From: Coprobacillaceae bacterium
GTDB taxonomy: Bacteria > Bacillota_I > Bacilli_A > Erysipelotrichales > Coprobacillaceae
NCBI GenBank assembly: GCA_963675515.1
Contig: OY776328.1
Location: 2,490,001-2,522,000 of the forward strand
Direction of reading: 5' to 3'
Length of the DNA stretch: 32,000 nucleotides
Position numbers and translations under genes: made by a program. Of this stretch, positions 24,843 to 32,000 are shown in pieces. Numbering within the stretch: the first letter of the stretch is position 1; every line of letters starts with the position of its first letter. Under the pieces are notes generated by a model. That model searched no databases and had not been told where the DNA came from. It saw only the letters and a list, made by a program, of their open reading frames with translations.

Positions 24843-26090
24843 ATGGATAAGAAAGAACAAGAATACGTTGCATTGATGCGCCATCGGATCATTCATGACA
24901 TTATTACTGGAAATTATGATTCTTCATGGTCCAAGAATCAGGCAATAACGGAAGCTACCAAAAAAGTCTATAAGAGTTTCGATAACCGTGACTTCACTGT
25001 CTCGAGCAGCACCATCTCCAGGTGGATTGCTGCTTATGAAGAAAAAGGTTTTGATGGATTGATTCCCCAAAAGCGGAGTGATTGTGGCAAATCAAGAAGA
25101 TTGGATGATGACATCGTTGAAACAATCAAATACTATAAGACAACCTATCCGAGGTTGCCAGCCACGGTCATCTACGGCAAGTTGATTGAAAAGGGAATAA
25201 TCAAGAAAACTGATGTTTCCCTGTCTACTATCAACCGATGTGTCAATCAGATAAAGTCAGAAATGCGGCTGTCAAACAAGAAAGACATGCGCCGCTACGA
25301 AGTACCCCATATCAATATGATTTGGGCCGGCGACAGTTCGGTCGGTCCTTACATTACTATTAACGGCAAGAAGAACCGAACATACATGATTGCCCTAATA
25401 GATGATGCTTCAAGAATGATCGTCCATCTTGATTTGTATTTAAATGACAACACAGTCAATTTGATGGATACCATGAAAAGTTCGGTCACCAAATACGGAG
25501 TACCTGAGATGTTCAGGTTTGACAATGGCTCCAATTATCGAAATCACCAGATTAAGATGATTGCAGCACGAATCAATTCAACCATCAGCTACTGCAAACC
25601 CTATTCTCCTGAAGGAAAAAGTAAGATAGAAAGGGTGTTTCGGACGATTAAAGATCAATTCTTCGCCCAAATCAACATCAAAGATTACACAAACAATCTG
25701 GCGGGTTTGAAGCAGGATTTAAGCCAGTTCATCAATGATTACAATAACAAGGTTCATTCCTCTTTGAATGGTATGACGCCTCATCAGCGTTTTTTCCAGG
25801 AAAGCAACCTGATCAAAAGGCTTGATGATGATGTTATCGACAATACTTTCCTATTCGAAGTGGAGAGGACTGTCAGTGCTGATTCGGTAATCAAGATAGA
25901 TAATCGGGAATATGAGATTGATTATATCTATTCTGGTGAACGGCATATGTTCCGATACACTCCGGACTTGGAGAAAGTCTATATTGTAAACAAGAATACC
26001 GGTGAACTGGAACGGATTCATTTACTCGATAAAAACGCCAATTCAAAAGTAAAAAGAGTGCAGCCTAAATTATGTGGAGGAGAAGATTAA
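24843..26090 (+). CDS. DDE (rve/integrase-core) transposase of the MuA/TnsB/TniA type
   Basis: 415 aa. GGGAGG Shine-Dalgarno. N-terminal HTH-like region (SSSTISRWIAAYEEKGFDGLIPQKRSD). Catalytic blocks are MIWAGDSS, FRFDNGSNY and GKSKIERVFRTIKDQF. C-terminal beta-rich domain. Confidence 0.85.
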   Translation: MDKKEQEYVALMRHRIIHDIITGNYDSSWSKNQAITEATKKVYKSFDNRDFTVSSSTISRWIAAYEEKGFDGLIPQKRSDCGKSRRLDDDIVETIKYYKTTYPRLPATVIYGKLIEKGIIKKTDVSLSTINRCVNQIKSEMRLSNKKDMRRYEVPHINMIWAGDSSVGPYITINGKKNRTYMIALIDDASRMIVHLDLYLNDNTVNLMDTMKSSVTKYGVPEMFRFDNGSNYRNHQIKMIAARINSTISYCKPYSPEGKSKIERVFRTIKDQFFAQINIKDYTNNLAGLKQDLSQFINDYNNKVHSSLNGMTPHQRFFQESNLIKRLDDDVIDNTFLFEVERTVSADSVIKIDNREYEIDYIYSGERHMFRYTPDLEKVYIVNKNTGELERIHLLDKNANSKVKRVQPKLCGGED

Positions 26091-26893
26091 TGGAAAAATA
26101 TTGGACCAGATACGGATTGGAATTCAACCCGTTTATCAAGAACTCAAAGAATTTATTTATTGAAACCAGTGAATACCAGGAATTGAAAGTGCGACTTAAC
26201 AGCCTTTTTGAAATCAAGGGATTCGGACTAATAGTCGGGGAACCCGGTCATGGCAAGACAACCATGATCAGGAACTATATCAAAACACTACCCAAATCGG
26301 CTTACAAGATAATTTACTTGTCGATGTCGACACTGACAGTCAAGGAATTCTATATGCAACTGGCTGAGTCGCTAGATCTGACTCCTCGTTATCGCAAGAA
26401 TGATCTGTTCAGGGAAATTCAATCAGCCATAAACCAGTTGATTTACGAAAAAAGGATTACTCCGGTATTTATCTTTGATGAATGTAATTACATGAATAAC
26501 GCCATCCTAAATGATTTGAAGATGATCTTCAATTTTGATATGGATTCAAAGGATCATGCGGTAGTCTTGATGGTCGGATTACCGACAATAACCAGGAACC
26601 TGAAATTGACCGCTCATGAACCACTGCGTCAGCGAATGATTATCAATTATAAACTGGAGCCGTTAAACAAAACTGAAAGTCTTGCTTATATCAAAGACAA
26701 GCTCCAAGGAGGAAAAACAATTCAAGAAGTGTTCAATGAAAATGCCATCGAGGCAATCATCAACGCATCCAACGGTACCTGTCGGGTGATTGATCGGATA
26801 TGCGACAGGGCAATGTTTATCGGAGCAATCAGAAAAACAGAAGTGATTGATTCCGATTTAATACTAGAAACAATCGAAGAGGTAGTAATTTGA
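26090..26893 (+). CDS. AAA+ ATPase of the TniB/MuB/ExeA (AAA_22) type
   Basis: 267 aa from MEKYWTRYGLEFNPF. The ATG overlaps the transposase stop (TAATG). Walker A GEPGHGKT, Walker B PVFIFDECN. ...VVLMVGLP... Confidence 0.85.
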   Translation: MEKYWTRYGLEFNPFIKNSKNLFIETSEYQELKVRLNSLFEIKGFGLIVGEPGHGKTTMIRNYIKTLPKSAYKIIYLSMSTLTVKEFYMQLAESLDLTPRYRKNDLFREIQSAINQLIYEKRITPVFIFDECNYMNNAILNDLKMIFNFDMDSKDHAVVLMVGLPTITRNLKLTAHEPLRQRMIINYKLEPLNKTESLAYIKDKLQGGKTIQEVFNENAIEAIINASNGTCRVIDRICDRAMFIGAIRKTEVIDSDLILETIEEVVI

Positions 26894-27198
26894 AAATCGA
26901 ATACTTCTGCAACTATGATGAAAAAACATGGGCCAACGAGATAGTGATCGTATCGCAGAACCCAGATAAGTGTGAATTTCAGCTAAGATATGATGGAAAT
27001 GAAATAGAAGTGATAATAGGTAAATCGGCCAAAGGAAACTGGATTTGCATCCCGTTGATGAAGCTGGGACTGGAACTATCATATTTCAAAGACAAATTTT
27101 GGAACAAGTCAGCGTTATCGCGCGAGATAGATCCAATCAGCAGCGAGGCTATATCCCAAGCCATCTACAAATTGAACGAAGCAAGGATAATCGTCTAA
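26890..27198 (+). CDS. Hypothetical 102-aa protein; last gene of the transposon
   Basis: The TTG start overlaps the ATPase stop (ATTTGA), so the two appear translationally coupled. No motif recognised. Confidence 0.45.
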   Translation: MKIEYFCNYDEKTWANEIVIVSQNPDKCEFQLRYDGNEIEVIIGKSAKGNWICIPLMKLGLELSYFKDKFWNKSALSREIDPISSEAISQAIYKLNEARIIV

Positions 27199-27352
27199 AC
27201 AGGCGATTATTTTATTTATCTTCAAAAACACCATATCAAATAAACTGAATATCCTATTCAAATAATTTGAACAGCATCTAAAAAAGGACCCAAAGATGGT
27301 CCATATAATTTGAAGAATCATACATCAAATAAATTGACTAGCTACACTGAAG

Positions 27353-28411
27353 CAAGAATACGTTTTGTCTCCAAGGGCCAGAAGAAAGACCAAGAAGGCC
27401 ATGAGAATTGCTTTAGCGGCCAAATTGGATAAAACCAAATCCGCAAAAGCTGCCAATAAATTAAAGGAATCTATAGCCGTTATTGAAAGCAACAAGGCTC
27501 ATCCTCGCCGTCCACGGAGTAAATACTTCGGTGAGATGATCCAGATGGATGCAAGCAGCTTTGAATGGGTCCCTGGTGAGATTTGGCATCTCCACCTGGC
27601 CGTCGATGATTCAACCAGTAAAGTAGTTGGAGCTTATTTCGACACCCAGGAAACGTTAAAGGGCTATTATAATGTATTCCATCAGATATTGACTGATTAT
27701 GGCATCCCGGCTATGTTTTACACCGACAGGCGGACAGTTTTCGAATACAAAAGAAAAAACACCGCATTCGATGACGAAGATACCTTCACGCAATTTTCTT
27801 ACGCCTGCCATCAATTGGGTGTTGAAATCAAAACAACTAGCGTAGCACAAGCCAAAGGCCGTGTAGAGAGAATGAACCAAACATTTCAATCACGATTACC
27901 TGTCGACCTGCGCCGCGCTAATATAACGAAAATAGAGGATGCCAACGAGTTTCTGAAGTCCTACCTAAAAAAACTTAATGACAAATTCGCTCTACGACTA
28001 AATAGTACCAAAACAGTTTTCGAAAAACAACCATCTTTGGAAAAAATCAACCAGACGCTCGCTGTCATTTCACCAAGAAAAATCGATGGCGGACATTGCA
28101 TAAAATACAAGAATGCCTACTATATACCTAAAACAGATAAAGATGTAAGGGTATTCTTTAAAAACAAGACCGATAGTATGGTTATCGAAGCCTACGATGG
28201 AAATCTCTATGTGAATATCTTGGATAATCTGTATTTACTCGAGAACGTGCCTGATCGGCAAATGTATTCGAAGAACTTTGATGAAGAACAGGCTACCAAG
28301 CCAAAGAAGAAAAAGCAATATATACCGCCATTGAGTCATCCATGGAAACAAGCTTCCTATATGAATTACTTGGCAAAACAAAAGCACCGTGAAAACAGTG
28401 CTAATGTTTAA
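27353..28411 (+). pseudogene. IS1202/ISNCY-like transposase, C-terminal DDE part
   Basis: QEYVLSPRARRKTKK...HPRRPRSKYFGEMIQMDASSFEW...WHLHLAVDDSTSKVVGAYF...MFYTDRRTVFEY...SVAQAKGRVERMNQTFQSRL shows D, D and E blocks. In frame with 23684-24031 after excision (468 aa restored). Confidence 0.8.
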
Positions 28412-28444
28412 CAATTTTTAAGACATTATCAATTTCGCTTGACA

Positions 28445-28471
28445 ATCATTCGTAGATTTTTGTACAAATTT
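28445..28471 (+). repeat. 27-bp direct repeat (target duplication), right copy
   Basis: Identical to 23545-23571. Confidence 0.9.
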
Positions 28472-29857
28472 GAGTGTTTCCTGCTAAAGCATCTTCCCAG
28501 TGATGGTACGGATTCAAGTAAGAGTGAACCATATCGTCGTTTCAAAATGCATCCGCTTCCTGTTATTGAACCGCAATTAATCCCCATCCCATTTCAACAG
28601 GCCAGGGATGAGTATGAATCCAAACATAAACGACCTTTGAAACCGGTGTTTAGACATGAAGGCAAAGACTATCCATCTGAAGATACTGTTTGCCCACATT
28701 GCGGCGCCACTCATGAATACCTGACTTTCAACAACGGAATCAAGAAATCCCAAGTTAAGTGCAAAGTTTGTGATACGACTTTCTCACTTAATAAGAGTTA
28801 TTCGCAACAATTGATCCGCAAGTGTCCTCACTGCGGCCGCAAGTTGACGTTGATCAAATCACGTGATGGTTTTGATGTCTATAAATGTCAAAACTCTAGA
28901 TGTTCTCACTATAAGAGTGAGTTGAAGAAACTAACAAAAGAAGATAAAAAGAAATACAAGGTAAATCCTTCTAAATTCTCGCTTCACTACATAACCCGCG
29001 TCTTCGATGCTTCAATCGAAAAACTTGAAAGCATCCAGCTGAAAATAGCACCATCAAAAGTTGATCTCTCCAGAATCCACAATTCTAAGCATGTTTTAGG
29101 CCTAGCGTTGACGTATTACGTTAATTATGGCCTGTCTCTTAGAAAAACCGCTTTGGTTTTATACGAGATTCACGATATCAAAATATCCCATCAAACAATA
29201 GCTAACTACGCTCAGGCAGCCAGCCATCTCCTATTTCCGTGGATGGATAACTACAAGCACGATTTGAACTCGTATCATTGTGGAGACGAAACATACGTCA
29301 AAGTTTTAGGAAAAAAAGCCTATGTATTTTTCATGTGCGATGTTAGGAAAAAAATAATAACTTCGTATCGAATTTTCATGAAAAGAGATACCTTTGCGGC
29401 TATAAATGCCTTTTATTCAGTCATGAGAAAATTCAAAAAGTTACCGACTGACTTTGAGATCGTTGTTGACGGAAATCCGATATATAAAGCCGCTCAACAG
29501 TATTTTCAAATCAAAAGAGTATTTTTTAAAGTGACTCAAGTAATTGGACTTACGAATGATGATCCTGTATCAAAAGAACATCGCCCTGCCAAACAAATAA
29601 TAGAGCGTTTGAATAGAACATTTGGAGAAACCTACGCGATCAAAAATGGCTTCAACTCATTGGATGGCGCAAATGATTTCATGTGTCTGTTCACAACATA
29701 TTTCAATTTCCTAAGAAATCACACCTCCCTGGGATACAAGCCACCAGTTGAATTGGATTGTTTGAAGAAAACTCATAACATGCCAAACAAGTGGAACATC
29801 CTCATGGAAGAAGCGCTTAAGTATTACCGACAAAACGAACACGAAACTCTATTATGA
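28445..29857 (+). pseudogene. IS6-like DDE transposase, main body with N-terminal double zinc-ribbon extension
   Basis: CPHCGATHEY...CKVCDTTF and CPHCGRKLTL...CQNSRCSHY, then DDE blocks HCGDETYVKVLGKKAYVFFMCD, EIVVDGNPIYKAA and QIIERLNRTFGETY. The TTG start at 28439 in the ORF track lies inside the IS1202-like end and is an artefact. Confidence 0.8.
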
Positions 29858-30035
29858 AAAAATCACTGTTTTTCCATAACGAATTTGACACTACCATCAA
29901 TATAATTGCTTGCTTACAACTTGGTCTTGACAACAGCTCTGTGAGCTTTTTCATGGATAGATTCCATAAGCAGCATCGTACACAACAAGAGGGAAATCGA
30001 AACCAAGACAAGATTGCTTAATTAAATTAAGCGAT

Positions 30036-30105
30036 ACGTTAATAATAATTAATTATATTAATAAAATCAAGTATTTTGTTTATTAATATAATAATTTATT
30101 AACGT
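30036..30105. repeat. Long imperfect AT-rich inverted repeat
   Basis: ACGTTAATAATAATTAATTATATTAATAAA ... TTTATTAATATAATAATTTATTAACGT. Preceded by the perfect 17-bp palindrome GCTTAATTAAATTAAGC at 30016-30032. Confidence 0.7.
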
Positions 30106-30456
30106 TATCAATCATTAAGTCAGACTTTAAAACTCCATCCATTGTTTCCGTGGGTGTCATGAAACATTACATATAATGAATGCTCCCTTCAACATATACC
30201 CGAACTTAATAAAGGCAACGGGCATCATCTACCATCCAAGGAAGCAATATTGCAATAAAAAATTATCCAGCTAATAAAAAGTTATCTTTTTTGTTTACAT
30301 ATAATTGTTTAATGTTATAATGCAGTTGTTAGGTTTTATATTGTTTAGTCATGTTTATTTAATTAAAACACCAGGAATATTAATGTTTTGTTCGGTTTGT
30401 TATCATGACATGCACCTAACCTTACACAAATTTTCTTATACAGGGGGAGAAAGAAA

Positions 30457-31263
30457 ATGAAAAGATCAAAGAAGACATTTATCGTACCGCTAATTTCCAT
30501 GGCAATAATGCTGGTAAATGCGGGTTGTAGCAGCACTGGCGCTACTGGGTCAACTGATGCCGGGCAGTCCCTGAAGTATGCGGGCGAAACCTTGACAGTC
30601 TACAGCGGAGCCGGCTTATCCAAGGCGATGGATGAGATAGCAACGGCGTTCGAACAGGAATATGGGGCAACAGTGAATTTCAACTATGCCGGATGTGCTC
30701 AGCTACTTGGCCAGATGGAAATAAACGGAACCGGTGATGTTTTTGTGGGCGGTTCGCTTAGTGATGCCGATACCGCTTTGCAAAAGGATTTTGCCGATGC
30801 ATACGAGGAAGTAGTATACCATATTCCGGCCATAGCGGTTCCAAAAGGCAATCCGGCTGGCATAACTTCACTTGAAGATATGGCACAACCCGGGGTCGAA
30901 CTTGTTTTGGGCGACACAAAGTCCAACGCTATCGGTAAAAAGGGCGAAAAGATATTCGCGAAAAACAACTTGTCAGTTCCCATCGACGCCAATGCGGTGG
31001 CAAGAGACGCAACTGTAAATGAAATTATCACCCATATAAGCCTTAACCAGGGTGATGCAGGATTGATCTGGGAAGACAACGGATATGGAGCAACCGATAT
31101 AGAGGTCATATCAATTCCCGAGGACCAGAACGTAATCGACAAGGTGCCGGCATGTGTGCTCAATTTCACTCAGAACGAGGAACTTGCTCAGTCTTTTGTG
31201 GATTTCATGATGTCAGATGATGGCATGGCAATATTCGCCAACCACGGCTTCGAAGAGATTTAA
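30457..31263 (+). CDS. modA: Molybdate/tungstate-type ABC transporter substrate-binding lipoprotein (ModA family)
   Basis: 268 aa. GGGGGAG Shine-Dalgarno. Lipobox LVNAGCS. ...LTVYSGAGLSKAMDEIATAFEQEYGATVNFNYAGCAQLLGQ... is the ModA-like fold signature. Confidence 0.75.
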   Translation: MKRSKKTFIVPLISMAIMLVNAGCSSTGATGSTDAGQSLKYAGETLTVYSGAGLSKAMDEIATAFEQEYGATVNFNYAGCAQLLGQMEINGTGDVFVGGSLSDADTALQKDFADAYEEVVYHIPAIAVPKGNPAGITSLEDMAQPGVELVLGDTKSNAIGKKGEKIFAKNNLSVPIDANAVARDATVNEIITHISLNQGDAGLIWEDNGYGATDIEVISIPEDQNVIDKVPACVLNFTQNEELAQSFVDFMMSDDGMAIFANHGFEEI

Positions 31264-31376
31264 TTTAAAAGCAAAACAGTTTTTACCGGATATAGGTCAA
31301 GTACATGGGGTCACTGAATATGGCAACCATGACTTGGTCATATTTCCAAAATCACAAATTTGATTGGAGAATCGTT

Positions 31377-32000
31377 ATGACCACACACGAAAATCACTTG
31401 GAAATCAAAAAGAAGATGCCTCACGGCCATCAATACAAAACGGTAAACAAAATATTCCAGCTTGTCATAGTGCTTGTTGTCGCCGTTTTGGTCAGCTTTT
31501 TCTTTTTGGCGCTAGCCAATGTGGTGTGGAAAGGGTCGGCCAGCCTCTTGGAAAACATAGCCAGTCAGGAAATCCAATTCGCAATCAAACTTAGCATAAT
31601 GACATCGATAACCTCAACATTCATTTGCCTGGCTTTTGCCATTCCGGTAGCTTATGGGCTGGAGCGCTTCAATATCCCAGGAAAGAAGATCATAAATGTA
31701 ATATTGAGCATACCGCTGTCTTTGCCACCGCTTGTTTCCGGAGTGGCACTGCTTCTTCTTTTTTCCACCACACCTTTTGGAGATACGCTCTCAAAGCTGG
31801 GCCTTCGTTTTGTGTTTTCGACAAACGGGATAATACTTGCCCAGTTCTTCATCATCACACCTTATATGATAAGGGTCCTGCGAACCACATTTGCCGGGAT
31901 TGATCCACGGCTGGAATTCGTCGCCCGTACCCTTGGATGCTCAAGATGGCAGGCCTTTTACAAGATAACTTTGCCCATCGCAAAAAGCGGGATCATTGCC
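31377..32000 (+). CDS. modB: ABC transporter permease (ModB/CysTW type), partial; runs off the right edge
   Basis: My own translation from the ATG at 31377 gives MTTHENHLEIKKKMPHGHQYKTVNKIFQLVIVLVVAVLV...ILSIPLSLPPLVSGVALLLLF...IDPRLEFVARTLGCSRWQAFYKITLPIAKSGIIA (EAA-loop motif), open to the window end. The track ORFs at 31364-31594 and 31625-31903 are in other frames. Confidence 0.8.
   Translation, partial: MTTHENHLEIKKKMPHGHQYKTVNKIFQLVIVLVVAVLVSFFFLALANVVWKGSASLLENIASQEIQFAIKLSIMTSITSTFICLAFAIPVAYGLERFNIPGKKIINVILSIPLSLPPLVSGVALLLLFSTTPFGDTLSKLGLRFVFSTNGIILAQFFIITPYMIRVLRTTFAGIDPRLEFVARTLGCSRWQAFYKITLPIAKSGIIA

Larger units (their letters stand above)
24032..27346 (+). mobile_element. Intact 3315-bp TGT...ACA transposon with four ORFs (DDE transposase, AAA+ ATPase, two unknowns)
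   Basis: IRs TGTAGATAGCCTTTTTATTTGAT (left) and TGTAGCTAGTCAATTTATTTGAT (reverse complement of the right end), 19/23. Direct CTGAAG at 24026-24031 and 27347-27352. Excision restores ...NNWLKQEYVLSPRARRKTKK... Confidence 0.85.
23572..28444 (+). mobile_element. IS1202/ISNCY-like insertion sequence (native length about 1552 bp), itself interrupted
   Basis: Imperfect IRs: TCTAGAACGAATATGATATTGTCTTAA (left) and TGTCAAGCGAAATTGATAATGTCTTAA (reverse complement of the right end), about 20/28. Bounded by the 27-bp direct repeat. Has a single transposase gene. Confidence 0.8.
23318..29895 (+). mobile_element. IS6-like insertion sequence (native length about 1678 bp) carrying two further nested elements
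   Basis: Terminal IRs GGTAGTGTCAAA (23318-23329) and TTTGACACTACC (29884-29895), 12/12, with weaker similarity further inward. Flanked by the direct 8-bp ATCAATAT (23310-23317 and 29896-29903). GG-initiated IRs and an 8-bp TSD are IS6-family hallmarks. Confidence 0.85.

Noticed and set aside
29884-29906. Outward TTGACA in the IS6-like right IR combining with TATAAT (29901-29906) as a hybrid promoter toward modA.
   Set aside because: The spacing is only 10 nt, too short for a sigma-70-type promoter.
29817-30011. 64-aa minus-strand ORF spanning the IS6-like right end.
   Set aside because: It crosses the IS boundary and TSD, overlaps the transposase stop, and has no ribosome-binding site.
31364-31903. 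Track ORFs 31364-31594, 31625-31903 (plus strand) and 31652-31858 (minus strand).
   Set aside because: They are in the wrong frames. The frame starting at 31377 is open to the window end and encodes an obvious ABC permease with an EAA loop.
1-32000. CRISPR arrays, tRNA, rRNA and tmRNA genes.
   Set aside because: I scanned for regularly spaced short direct repeats and for cloverleaf-like or rRNA-like conserved blocks and recognised none. The only tandem or dispersed repeats are those explained by mobile elements.

Overview
The window looks like a Firmicutes-type bacterial chromosome with a mosaic composition. By eye, a GC-richer block of ordinary accessory and metabolic genes (9012-23294, resuming at 30457) is interrupted by two AT-rich stretches packed with mobile DNA (1-~8450 and 23318-29895). 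The host genes are: a 4Fe-4S protein, a prenyltransferase-like repeat protein, an HxlR/PNPOx-like divergent pair, a sulfur-handling operon (SLC13-type permease, CstB-like persulfide dioxygenase-rhodanese, split YeeE/YedE), a SnoaL-like protein, a MATE pump with a divergent TetR regulator, two aldo-keto reductases, a small membrane protein, amt-glnK, and modA-modB (modB runs off the right edge). I can delimit eight mobile elements, most at base resolution from inverted repeats, target-site duplications and reading frames that close up when the insert is removed. (1) An IS200/IS605 element (tnpA plus the start of tnpB) at the left edge. (2) A decayed group II intron (about 745-4522, minus strand) with an IS3-family insertion, an internal deletion scar and a diverged 493-bp tandem repeat that duplicates domain V. 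(3, 4) Two near-identical 1214-bp IS3-family copies in inverted orientation. (5) An IS1595-family element split by the second IS3 copy. (6-8) A three-deep nest 8 nt upstream of the amt Shine-Dalgarno: a zinc-ribbon-extended IS6-like element (8-bp TSD), split by an IS1202/ISNCY-like element (27-bp target duplication), split in turn by an intact 3315-bp TGT...ACA element. That innermost element carries a MuA/TnsB-type DDE transposase, a TniB/MuB-type AAA+ ATPase and two small ORFs I cannot assign, and it is my best candidate for something not yet characterised. Other points worth a second look are a palindromic operator motif shared by the TetR/MATE and aldo-keto reductase promoters, an orphan secreted/membrane-anchored gene pair in the mobile region, and long AT-rich palindromes in the amt-modA intergenic region. 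I recognised no CRISPR array, tRNA or rRNA. All family assignments come from reading motifs in the translations. No database search was run.
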